From NCBI GenBank assembly GCA_002633005.1, contig NMRA01000817.1, positions 89,560 to 133,244 on the forward strand: DNA of 43,685 bases. Direction: 5' to 3'. Positions within the stretch are counted from its first letter, which is position 1, and every line of letters starts with the position of its first letter. The notes below the pieces were generated by a model. The model ran no database searches, was not told where the DNA came from, and saw nothing but the letters and a program-made list of their open reading frames with translations. The translations under genes were made by a program, and so were the position numbers. Source of the stretch: Phoronis australis. Its lineage: Eukaryota; Animalia; Phoronida. Shown here in pieces: positions 1 through 10,700 of the stretch.

Positions 1-891
1 TGGCACTGATGGGACCATATTACTTGTTTTACAAAAAAGTCACCAAAACTGTTGTTTTTACAAATATAAGTTTACTAAGCTCTTTGGTGATTATTAGGTA
101 ACTTCAAACTCAAATTTCTCAAAAATGTGCAACTTTATATGTGGGAACTTTTTAGATTTTGAAAACACTCTAATAAATGAATTAAAAAACACCAAAATAA
201 AATTGCCCCCCTAAAGTACTCACAAAAACCATTTTCTAGAGGCCCTGCAAAATCTGGCCCACCGACTAAATCGGCTACTTTGTCATTGATTTGTGAAGAT
301 TTAACGTTGATACATTTTGACAAACGTTGCTACAAAAAAGAAACTTTGTTCAATTTTCGTGTTTTTTGTGTTTGTGGCCAGCGAACAGTTAGGCCTAAGG
401 ATAGTGTTGGCGAAAAGCTGTATATACTGTAGGCCTACTAACAAGCTGTATTTTGACTATAGTCTTCACTGGTAGCTGGCGGGTAACTGAGGCTAACTAA
501 GGTCTGCCGCGGCAATGTGACACAGGACTAACCAGCCCGTAATTTCATTCAAGTGTCTGAAACTACCCTTGAACATATGCAGCATTTATCATTTGACCAT
601 TTTACTTCGACAAAACAGCTTGCATTCGCATGCATTTACCGTTCGCCAGTGTCTGGTCTCGATCAGCACCGGGTCCGATAGGCTGCGGTCCCGAGTCTAG
701 CAAAATAATTTCTGTCAAAATTTATTCGCCACATTTCTTCAGCAAATTCCATAAAAGTGTCCGTAGTTTGATTTTATCAAAATTAAGGCGCGCTGTCGAT
801 TTTTTTTTATCCCCGTTTGCTGGCTACAGTACAGGCACTGCTCCAGTCGCACCAACGGCGTTTTCTCGGCCTGGGTTCCTGAATGAATTGT

Positions 892-950
892 ACTTCCGGG
901 TTCGCGGCAAGTTCAAAATGGCGGTGTTTCTTCGGATGCGAATCGTGAGT
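892..950 (+). promoter_or_regulatory. CpG-rich housekeeping-type promoter / first exon with splice donor
   Basis: ETS-like ACTTCCGG at 892-899, YY1-like CAAAATGGCGG at 914-924 containing ATG 918, and donor ATC|GTGAGT at 945-950. Confidence 0.5.
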
Positions 951-972
951 GGCGCGTTCATGTAAACTGTTT

Positions 973-1030
973 TCGAGTACGGATCGTGTATTAGTTATGG
1001 GTCGAGTACGGATCGTGTATTAGTTATGGG
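973..1030. repeat. Perfect 29-bp tandem duplication
   Basis: TCGAGTACGGATCGTGTATTAGTTATGGG at 973-1001 and 1002-1030. Confidence 0.95.
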
Positions 1031-1299
1031 GTAGGTACTTCTTGGATCCTTATAACATCTTCTAACCATGTAATAAGGGTTAACAACGCGTGAGAGAAGG
1101 ACTTTAAATGTCATGTTAGTTGTGAGTCATATTGATTCTGCAAATAAGTAACCTGCAAGACTGACAAACCGAGAGTGATTACATTTTTTCTGTTCGTTTC
1201 ATTACAGCCAATTGTGCTTTGTGCCATTTCAAAGACTCGACGGAATGTTCCGAGAGATGCCGAGGTCTCTATAAGTCGGAAGTGCTAGAGATACTTTGG

Positions 1300-2674
1300 A
1301 TGATCTACTGTCCCAAGGCGACAGGTCTTGTCAAGTACCGCAAGTCAACCTGGATGAACCCCATGGTCGGTGAGGAAGACGCCATGCGCTTCACGGGTAA
1401 ACTCTGGCTTTTTGTTACTGTTTTGTTAAGACTACTGCGATGGCGGACTATGTCATTATCTTCGTTTTTCGTTGTAACGCCCCTTTTCATTACTGTAAGC
1501 TCACCTGTTGTTTTGAAAATGAACCGTAGAAGATTTGAGAAATCCGCATTCTATAATTATAGAATATTGTACAAATAAGTAACATTTTGCTCGCAAGGGA
1601 GACCTTTAAACGGGTTCCAGGGTAGCTCTTCAAACGTTGATCGACACCGCATACAATGATCTGCGCTGTGGAAGGCCATCCACCGAGTGATTCGAAATCA
1701 AACTGATACATGTACCTCTCCAATATAATATGTGATTATACAATAAAGGTGTTTTTAATATGAACTTCATGCTTGGTAGTGCTTACATACCAGCTTACTA
1801 AAGTCTGTGGTCGCAGATCGGTAGCCCCATGACATGGGCGGCGCAGCACTGAAAAAGTGAGGGGCTAAAGCTTCCCCAGCCCCCCTATGGTGCACTGCCT
1901 ATAGACCATGGGCCCCGTAGCACTGAAAAAGTGGGGCTACAGCCCCCCCCCAAGCCCCTATGGTTCGCCGCCCATGTATGAATCGATCAGTGAGCTTGCA
2001 TATTCACCCAAAGACAACCATTGCTATGAGTAGCCTTAATGGTGAATGTTATGGCAAAATACTTTAAGATCATCTAATCATTTGATGAGATTGTTAATCG
2101 ACTAAACTGTATCTTGTCAGTTTAATAATAGGCGAATCCAGGGGGTTCAGGGGTCCGGACCCCAATTTACCCTTGATTTGATTGATATCAAGTCTAGAAT
2201 TTTCAAATTCATGACTTGGACCCAATTTCTTTTAAAAAATATCTTTGTTCCGACATCCCCCCTTTTATACGCCTCTGTTAATTAAGGCCTACTTAGTTGA
2301 GGTCCTGTTAAAACTGGATGTTTATTTCAGAGGCACGACCAATCGACGACCCGAGTTTCAAAACCTGTATGGAGTTGGTGGTGAAGTCTAAGCTAGAGAG
2401 AGAGGGCGCTGTTGACGTCCCGCATCCAACGGACAATACAAAGGTACATACTGTCAAAGACTACAACAAAGCCATGGATTACATTGAGGAATATATCCAA
2501 GCTAAGCGAGAAGCGGAGGAACAGGCTGCCGAGTTGCGCAGTGCGCTTCGAAAACTTCCGACCAATCGGCGTGTACAACGCAAATATAAACAGGTACTAG
2601 CTAACGGCGAGAACTATTTTAAGAGCACCTCTGCTAAGCCGTCGAATTCTGAGCAGTTCAAGACCGTAGTTTGA
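1300..2674 (+). CDS. Spliced hypothetical protein (~146 aa from ATG 1300) with a charged, probably helical C-terminal part
   Basis: Exon 1208-1396 (acceptor ttcattacag, phase-1 donor G|GTAAAC) joins in frame to exon 2331-2674 (acceptor tttatttcag, phase 1): MIYCPKATGLVKYRKSTWMNPMVGEEDAMRFT-E-ARPIDDPSFKTCMELVVKSKLE...FKTVV*. AATAAA at 3296-3301. The start codon is uncertain and I recognise no family. Confidence 0.55.
1833..1976. mobile_element. Short non-autonomous TIR element (MITE) built from two related internal units
   Basis: TIR CATGGGCGGCG / CGCCGCCCATG; flanks CATGA / TATGA (4 of 5 match); GCACTGAAAAAGTG...AGCCCC...TATGGT occurs twice inside. Confidence 0.65.
2127..2277. mobile_element. 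Degenerate MITE of the CAGxGGCG-terminus type
   Basis: Ends AATAGGCGAATCCAGGGGG ... CCCCCCTTTTATACGCCTCTG; exact 5-bp flanking duplication TTAAT (2122-2126, 2278-2282). Confidence 0.6.
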
Positions 2675-3794
2675 CACATGTTGAGCAAAGTATTCCGGAA
2701 ACAATTCATCTTGTGAAGCAACTGAGTATTGCCAGTAACACGGGTTGCTCTCAGAGGAACAATTCAGTGATGGTGCGCAGTAATTCTTACATCAAACTGG
2801 AGATTGAAATCAATTAACTGGGCTTATATTAGAAACGCAACAGGAACAAAATGCGTGCCGTGCAGTCGAAGTAGCCTACTACGGGAGGGCGACAGTGAGT
2901 GAGTGAGCTCTGAACTGTATAGAGAGTATGCCCTGAGTACTCTCACCTGGCAATTTATGTTTTTCTAGTACGGCTAAATCAAATATTTTTATTTAGTATC
3001 TAAAGCGTTCTCGCGATTAAGGTCGCATTTTTTGTGAAAGCGTTCATGAATTAAAGTTTCTTATTCAGTGTATGTTGTAAACAAAAGTATTTATGAACAG
3101 CAGACTGAGAATTTCATATCTTCCACCTCAGTTAGATGGAATGGCAGGAGACAGTATAAATACATGTAGGTGAAAAGATACTCTGTCTTGAAGTTTTCAA
3201 AATGAATTTTTCAAACAATTTTCATTACATCGATGTAGTGGTGTATGCTTTTGAAATATTGGAACATTACAATTGAGCGAAAATTCAAGGGTATAAATAA
3301 AACTTTAATAGTTTCAATTGGTAAATGTTCATTCATGTTGAAGTTCAGTGGCTTCTTGTAATTCTCAATGAATTTGGGATAGCACAATTTGGTACTTTAC
3401 ATTACTTATATTTTGACGGGTCCCTCTCAATTTATTGTGTAAATGTTAGTGTTGATTGTAAAAAGTGATTGGTACTTACTTCAATGTGAAAATGGGTTTA
3501 GGAGGCTAGGGGGAAGGAATAGGTAGCAGGTACAGGGGTAGGGGGAGGTAGAATTTGATGTACAATTGAGGTCCATTTTTATCCTACTTCCTTCTAATAC
3601 ATGTAATTACCTCACAATTCCTAATATTTTATCATTTTTATTTTCAAAATTTCACCATTTTGTCGATATTTTTTTAATTTGAAACAACTTGTAAATCTTA
3701 ATTCATGACTTGTTAATTATCTCAAGTTGTCCAGATATTTGTAATTAAAAGTAGTTTTATATTTGACCAATAGGTGGTAGTGTGGTGTTTAACA

Positions 3795-3875
3795 CTCGCT
3801 GGTTCCCTACCTCGCTGGTCCCCTACATGCCCAGCCGGCTACTGACCACCTAGCAGCACGCAGGAAACCAGCGAG
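3795..3875. mobile_element. 81-bp TIR element flanked by a 10-bp direct repeat
   Basis: CTCGCTGGTT ... AACCAGCGAG inverted ends; GTGTTTAACA on both sides (3785-3794, 3876-3885). Confidence 0.6.
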
Positions 3876-4564
3876 GTGTTTAACAAGGCTTATTGTTAGT
3901 GCTATTCTGGTCTATTTTGCTCTTTAAATTTGTATAATGTCACCAATGGTCTCTAAAAGTTCCGGAGACACTACTTTATATTAACATTGACACAATTTAC
4001 TAATTCTAATGGTCAACATTTTTAGTGGTCCTTTTTCACCAAATTCTGTGACAAATTAGACGTGGAACATATGCAGCTTTTAACAAGAGAACTATCTTAC
4101 AGTACATCTGAAAAGTACACCTACGTATGAAATGGAAACGTCAAAATCAAATTGTCGCGTCAAGATACACTTGTACTACCGCTCCAGATCCAATCAAATG
4201 ACTACAATGTTTTTGTTGCAGTATGCAGTCAGTTGAAGGCTCTCCTATGATGTTGGCGGGTACATGCGCGCGCAGTGATGCAGTTCCGCTTTGTTCCACG
4301 TTTCATGTCAAGTGTGCCTATTGTGAATATTCTTGAAACATCTTGATTCTAGTTTTACTGTAACGTAAACGAGACGTTTTTTAATCTCGATCTAATATTT
4401 TACTTGATAATTGTTCCGCGTTCAGCCTGTTGACACCACATAACCAGCCATTCACATTGACAGCCATAAACAGCTTCGATGTTTTGCCTTTGTTTAAAAT
4501 AATAATTTCTGATCCTAATTAATGTGTTAGTATTTTGAAACGCCATTTTTTCAAATTTATTAGT

Positions 4565-4803
4565 GTTTACGTGTAACTCTTGGTTTACACATATAAACTA
4601 CTTGTACACGTAGGTACATTGGCGGTCACCATAGGGGGCCATGACATGGGTGGCGCACTGCCATGCGGTAGTATAAAGTTGATCATGAAACTCTTGGTTT
4701 AGACATTTAATTTACATATACTCGTACGTTGTTTTTCGTTGATCACGTAACTCTTGGTTACACATTTAAACTACATGTAGGTATTATATCGTTGATCATG
4801 TGA
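4565..4803. repeat. Degenerate ~60-bp tandem repeat (3 copies plus a partial)
   Basis: Recurring GTTGATCAyG.AACTCTTGGTT(T)AsACATwTAAwyTAC; a short GC-rich insert at ~4629-4664 resembles the 1833 element. Confidence 0.65.
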
Positions 4804-4987
4804 CATCAAGTACCAAAATGCTTTCACTAATGTATATTTCTTCTCTTCGAACAGCATATGATGCTATAGTAACTGTACACTTCTCCGTCAGTATCGACGT
4901 GCTACTGTGCACCCTTCGACGGTAAATTCACGTGCATACTCTGTTTGTGTTGTTTGATCGATGGACTTACAATTCGCAAAAATAAGA

Positions 4988-5221
4988 GGTGGCAGTGTGA
5001 CGTATTGGGATAAGTCTCTGCTTCCCTTACTCAAGGTCGTGGGTTCGAGTCCCAGTGGGGCACATTGCTAGGCCCTTAAGTAAGGTGTCTTGCTCGTCAG
5101 CTCGGTTTTAACTATGTATTGAAGCACAAAAACGGTCCCGGTTGATCAGTGCGATGGTCCCACATGAGCGGCCTGCGTACAACGTGTACCAGACCGCTTG
5201 CAATTTATTATTTTTATTTAT
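4988..5221 (+). mobile_element. tRNA-derived SINE
   Basis: Box A-like TGACGTATTGG (4998-5008), box B GGTTCGAGTCC (5042-5052), then GGCCCTTAAGTAAGG resembling the CCTTGAGCAAGG core seen in many metazoan SINEs, and a (TTTA/TTA)n tail at ~5204-5221. No complete cloverleaf. Confidence 0.7.
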
Positions 5222-5613
5222 GCAAAAGTAAATATTCAGTTAGACATTCCGCAAGCTTAGCTTCACTTAATTGTGAGGTATGATTTGAAATCGTGCTAAT
5301 ATGTACCAGTATCAGGATGTATTTTAGAACACTCGTTGATGAGTTCTACATGTATGCCAACCGACAATTTTGCCAAGCAGGCGGCCATATCTTCTTGCAA
5401 CTGAAACCCGATGGTCGTATTGCATAGCGAAGTAAACAATTGTGTGCGTTCTGTAGGTAATTGGTGTTTGAAGGGTTCATGAATTTAGTCATTGCCTTTC
5501 AATTGGATTTATGTAATAGACTGTTAAGTATATTATCTAAAAAACGTGCCTCATCGCTGCATATTCTTTCTAACAATCTCGTACCAAAATGCATTGTACA
5601 TATCTTTAAAACA

Positions 5614-5619
5614 TTTATT
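5614..5619 (-). terminator. Candidate polyadenylation signal of NeuroD
   Basis: AATAAA on the - strand ~470 nt after the stop, at the end of an AT-rich 3' UTR. Confidence 0.5.
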
Positions 5620-6086
5620 TGAAAATATCGGCCGCGAAATACATAGCTAAACTATAGTTTGTACATTGAAAACTCTAACAAAATATAAACACTGTGTAAA
5701 AAGCAGTGATCTACGTGACAAAAATCAACTACATAAACATTGATCAATAAATACAAACATAAATATACATTAAAAATAAAATTTCCAGCAGTATCTACAT
5801 GTATAAAAAGAAATAGAATGGTCATTGTGGTGACGTGTAATTTACTTTGGTTTCCAAGTAAATTTTCGATATTGCGATTGTTCAAACAGTTGACCAGTTG
5901 GCATGATGTAGTTTCATTTAGATGTCACCAACGCGCTACTCCTAAAATTCTTCCTATTCAGGTTGAAGCGTCAGCCATGACGGGTTCCGAATTACGCCGC
6001 ATGCGCAAAGGCTGTTGTATCCAATTAAGACAAATTGTCTCCGTCCTTTCTGTTTGAAACGGTAGTGTAGGTGGTGTTGGTACACG

Positions 6087-7049
6087 TCATAGGGTATCAT
6101 CAAAGAAATGTGCAGGTCCCTCCAGGAGATGATTCAAGTCTGCTGCATTTACATCGGGTGACTCCAAACTGTCCAAATCGCTCAGAAAAGAATCGTTTCC
6201 CGATGACGAATCGACAACGAACTCTTGAACAGCCATTGTTAACGACCCCAAATGGTGATTGTTTGAGATGTTCGGATGTCCGTGGAAATAACTAGTAGCT
6301 GAACCAGTAGGGAGAGCAGCTTCTTGTCCGTTGGCGCATGCATGGTTAGGACTAGGATATTGTGTGTCGGGTAACATTTGTTCCGAGAAATGTGACTTGT
6401 GATACGCATGCGCCATTTGATTGTTGTAGTGCTGCATGTATGGCGTGGAATGCACGACGTTATGGTGACAATAGATGTCACTGTTAAGGTTACTGCCGGG
6501 GTACATATATGGGTAATGTATACCAAGATGATTCTCTGGAAGGAGGTTACGCGGACTCAGCTCTAAACAACCGGCCAACAAGTTCATGGTGTTCTGCGAC
6601 AGTCCTTTTGATAATGCTTTTGCAAAGGCAACTTTATCGGGACACACCCCTGTCTTAAGTATTTCCGTCAAGGCTGTGATGTAGTTGCTGGCTAATCGTA
6701 AAGTTTCAATCTTGGACAGTTTCTGAGTACTGGAATAGACAGGCACGTGTTTACGCAAGTCGTCCAAAGCGTCGTTCAGTCCATGCATTCGGTTTCGTTC
6801 TCGCATATTTGCCTTTGTCCGTCTTTGCTTAAGTTTCACTATTCTTGCTTTTGTCATCTTTTTTTTCTTCGGGCCGCGCTTTTTTGGAACCTTCTGCTCT
6901 GTGTCTTGTGCGCTAGTGGCTACTGGTACGTCTGCCTCACCATCCGTGTTGTCTGCCATTTCCTCGTCACTGCTTAAGACACGGCTATCGGTGATTTCAA
7001 CACTGCAGGGGGCGCACTTGTCCCGGTCAAGTTTCATTTTTATGGGCAT
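6087..7049 (-). CDS. NeuroD: Neurogenic differentiation factor (NeuroD-family bHLH transcription factor), 320 aa, single coding exon
   Basis: NeuroD basic region [14 protein letters not shown], b[59 protein letters not shown], and the post-bHLH NeuroD domain [23 protein letters not shown]. First ATG is 7049 (MPIKMK); the track's 7097 start is a GTG. Confidence 0.95.
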   Translation of the reverse strand: MPIKMKLDRDKCAPCSVEITDSRVLSSDEEMADNTDGEADVPVATSAQDTEQKVPKKRGPKKKKMTKARIVKLKQRRTKANMRERNRMHGLNDALDDLRKHVPVYSSTQKLSKIETLRLASNYITALTEILKTGVCPDKVAFAKALSKGLSQNTMNLLAGCLELSPRNLLPENHLGIHYPYMYPGSNLNSDIYCHHNVVHSTPYMQHYNNQMAHAYHKSHFSEQMLPDTQYPSPNHACANGQEAALPTGSATSYFHGHPNISNNHHLGSLTMAVQEFVVDSSSGNDSFLSDLDSLESPDVNAADLNHLLEGPAHFFDDTL

Positions 7050-7051
7050 AC

Positions 7052-7080
7052 CTGAAACAACAATTCGTATGTGGTTAGTC
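7052..7080 (-). promoter_or_regulatory. Branch point and 3' splice acceptor immediately before the NeuroD ATG
   Basis: - strand GACTAAC (7080-7074) ... TTGTTGTTTCAG|GT-ATG, with AG at 7053-7052. Confidence 0.65.
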
Positions 7081-7703
7081 TGCCTACGTTCGCGCACGGC
7101 GAGCCCGCGTGTGCCGGTGTCAGTTTACTCCAGTATGCGAAACTGAAACATGCTTTGTTCCCATATTTCACTCTTTTGTAAGAGTTTTATAGCGTTTGAT
7201 ACCCAGTTTATTAAGCGCGTGCAGCTGACCCACATAGTCCTATATGTGCATGAGTGCAAAGCTGCGCATATAAAGATCCAAATTTAGGCCAAAACGCCCA
7301 TGTGTGAGGCATTTGAGGAAAAACAGACAAATGAATGAGTTTAAAAATACGTGTGAGTTCAAACGTTGACATGTAAGATTACAAAGGTATAAACAGCACA
7401 CAAAAACTTGCAGTTGAAGACGTGCACCTGTGAATGGGTTTGCCGCTTCCGCCTATAGGCAGATGTGCAGAACATCTGAGCATAAATAACCATTCGAAAA
7501 ATAGTGTTGTTTCGAGTAAATGTGAGTGGGAGTAAATATGTTATAGTCTTTGCTTATGACAGATTAGACAAGTGGCGAGTAGATGTATCTCGTGACTCCA
7601 CGTTTATCTTTTAATTATGGCGTATTGCTACGTAACGCAAACACTTAAGTGCGCCGCGAGCATTTCTCTTACATATGGCAAGTCTTTTACGGTGGCTGCC
7701 TTT

Positions 7704-10700
7704 CATTAGTCACGTGTCATATCCTTCGCGGAAGGAACCAATATAGTGGTTGAATGCCATAGATTAATACTAGATATCATCTCTATGGAGCAGCACCGAT
7801 AACGTCTCATGTGTGTTTAATGCACGTGCAAGGGACCGCTCTGTTAATTATTAGACTTTGTGTTGGTCTGAAAACTCCGTAAATTCTGGCTCGGCAAATT
7901 GACAAGAGCATAGAGCTACAGATAAAACAGTTTTGATTTTTATAACCTGTCAGAACACATATTCTTACACTTGCTCATGTACAGGCGATGTTTAGATTGA
8001 AAATGTTAAGGTCTTTCAGCCTAGATTTGCTAGTCAATGGGTGTTGTCATCGATTTCTTTGATGACGTCAGACGTGATCAGATTGTTGTGAATGACTGTT
8101 CGATCGCAATTCAAATGAGCCATGTAAACAAAAATAACAATGTGCACAAAATGCGATCGCCAAGATAGACACGACCACAGCATATAGTCGTAATAATAGA
8201 TATTGTCGACTTGAATTGATGTTGATCGTCTTATATTCTTTATACATACACCATGAGATACAGTCCAAGACAAGTGTGCCGTGTCCCCGTCATGACGGCT
8301 ATTTTTGTTAACAGCAAAAATGACTTGTAATAACTATTAGGGTGGAAAAATTATAATAACATATTGGTTTGGCCACCTTGCTAACTTTCTTTTAATTTCA
8401 CCTTCATTCTCATCCATGAGGGCTTCTACTTAGCTGTCAGGGAATTTTGTCTGAATGTTTTTGGCTTGCACTGGGTAAAGTGCATAATTTGTTTTATTGT
8501 ACTGCTAAGAGCTACGTGCTGAATGCGTGTAGTTAGGGTCACGCTTCTATTCGAAATTTGTGTTTTCTCAAAACACGTATCTAAAATATTTTAAATACCG
8601 AACTTTTATAAGAAGCTAGATAGGATCGTCAGGAGGGTGATCGGACGCTTAAAACGAGTGCAGCCTGTTTGCCGTCTTGCGAGTACATACTTGGCAAAAT
8701 ATCACGTGTGATCACCATGGGCGAACACATCTTTCCACAAGTTACATCAGCGGAGGCTTCTCACAGTAAGAAGGGAGATCTGTCGTCTGATTTGGAGTCG
8801 GACTATCTGACGAGCGGGAGCACGTGATTTTTTCAGACGGCGGGTCACGTATCCGATTTGCCTTCTTAGCAAGTGAACCGCTGTGATAGGCGACTTCCCT
8901 TATCGGTGTAGGTGGCGCTATGCCTTCCACATCTAACATGTTGTATTTTGTGCAACTTTAGTTCGTGGTCTTCTCATTTAAACGATTAACAGATAAATTG
9001 AGAACCTCCCATCATCTACCACTATGTAAACAGCAAGTCAAGCTCCACTTTCAGCCTATTTCAAGTAAAAAATATCCTTTGTTTTACTCAAGTGTTTCTC
9101 TTATAGACGCATGCAACCAATAAATTCCGGATATGGGCACAGCTTGACGCGGTACCGGTACATGGGCCTAAACACGCGCACATGTTGTCTAGATATTACT
9201 ACATATTTGGTGTCAGCATATAATTTCATTGTATTGATCAGTTATAGCCGTGACAGTACGGGTCCATTAGTCACACTGGATGGCTCATCGTCTACTGAGA
9301 AGTGATTCACTGGGGAGACACCGACATCACTTTACAGAAATAATTAGTTGACGATCCTCAGAGACATCTTTAGGAACTTATCAGATATTATTACTTTAGC
9401 ACGCTGCTGTGGTTAACGGAGACTTTGCATCTCAGAATTAAAATAAATCTAATTTTGAAGATGTGTCTTTATTTCATTTTTTTCGGTCTAAATTTCCAAA
9501 GCTTGTCGTTCTTACTTCGAGAGCTGCTTGATGTCTTTAATCGCTTTGGAATATACCGTGATGGAGCTCTCTGAGCTTTTCGGGAGATTTGTGATTATCG
9601 ATTAGCGATGTGGCCCGTATTGTACACACGCACTGGACTGAGCCGCTACTAGGTCACATCCGGCGAGACCGAATGCACTACACATTGATGCGCGCGAGTA
9701 CTAACGTGCACAGATACGAAGTGAGTGGAATTTGGAACTGGGTACGGAGTATTATGAGTTCGTGGGGTTCAATAGGAGGCGCGGGTCTGTAGTTCTGTAC
9801 NCCCCCCCCCCCCCAGTACATGTACCCTGTACTCGACAACGTTTCCAGACAGTCCACCGTCTATATCACGGATCAGCTGGACTCGTATACAAACAAAATT
9901 ATTTTAGCCAGAACTGTGACGGATCTGAGCTCCCATATAGCAACCCAAATGCATTTACATGCATGGGCATCGTACTAGGGCTGCCGTTCTTGGACACCGA
10001 CAAAAACAATTAATCTTACCGTTTATTTAGTTCCGAGCGTTAGCAGATTTGTAGTGATTCCTTTCGGTATTGCACTTGTCTCTCAGTCAAGTACTCTGCG
10101 GGTGGGTGAATTGTCCCTAGAAGTTAGAACTCTTGATATCTCTCTGTCATTAAGTTAACTGTCTTTCTCCGAGTCTTAGTAGAAAATGTCAATTTCTCGT
10201 ACTACGGTCAGTCTTGAACGTAAATAGTGTAATCTAATTAATAACCCATAGCTCTCGGCCCACAAATCAAATCAAAGTATAGTCGAGAAAACTTACTCAT
10301 TTGCTTTGATCCAATTAGTCACGTGTTTCCCATGTTGACACTGGCCACGTGCTCTTATGAATAATTGAGGCATGCGCACACGAGTCGACGGCATCACCAC
10401 GCAACTCGTCGTTCTAACACTGTACAACCGAACTCCTTCTTTCGCAGACTATTATAGTTAGGCACTCATCGAACATCCTTAGAAACCAGAGTGTGGGATT
10501 ACACGCCTATGTTCGTCAGTTAATGTGTCCAAGGCATTTTGATTTCTTATCAACAAATTCGAGTATAATAAATGTTAAGGGCTAGCCTTGAACTTTACTT
10601 TACATGTAGCGATTGCTGGTGTCATACATAATTAACAGCTTCTCAGGAATTTTGTCTGTGACATTTGGGGAATTGTGATATTATTAAATATTTAACTCTT

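Noticed and set aside
4988-5065. Functional tRNA gene
   Set aside because: Box B is present but no clean acceptor or anticodon stems form, and it continues into a SINE-like body and tail.
7050-7097. N-terminal extension of NeuroD from the track start at 7097
   Set aside because: The start is GTG and the segment contains a branch point and acceptor, so it is most likely intronic.
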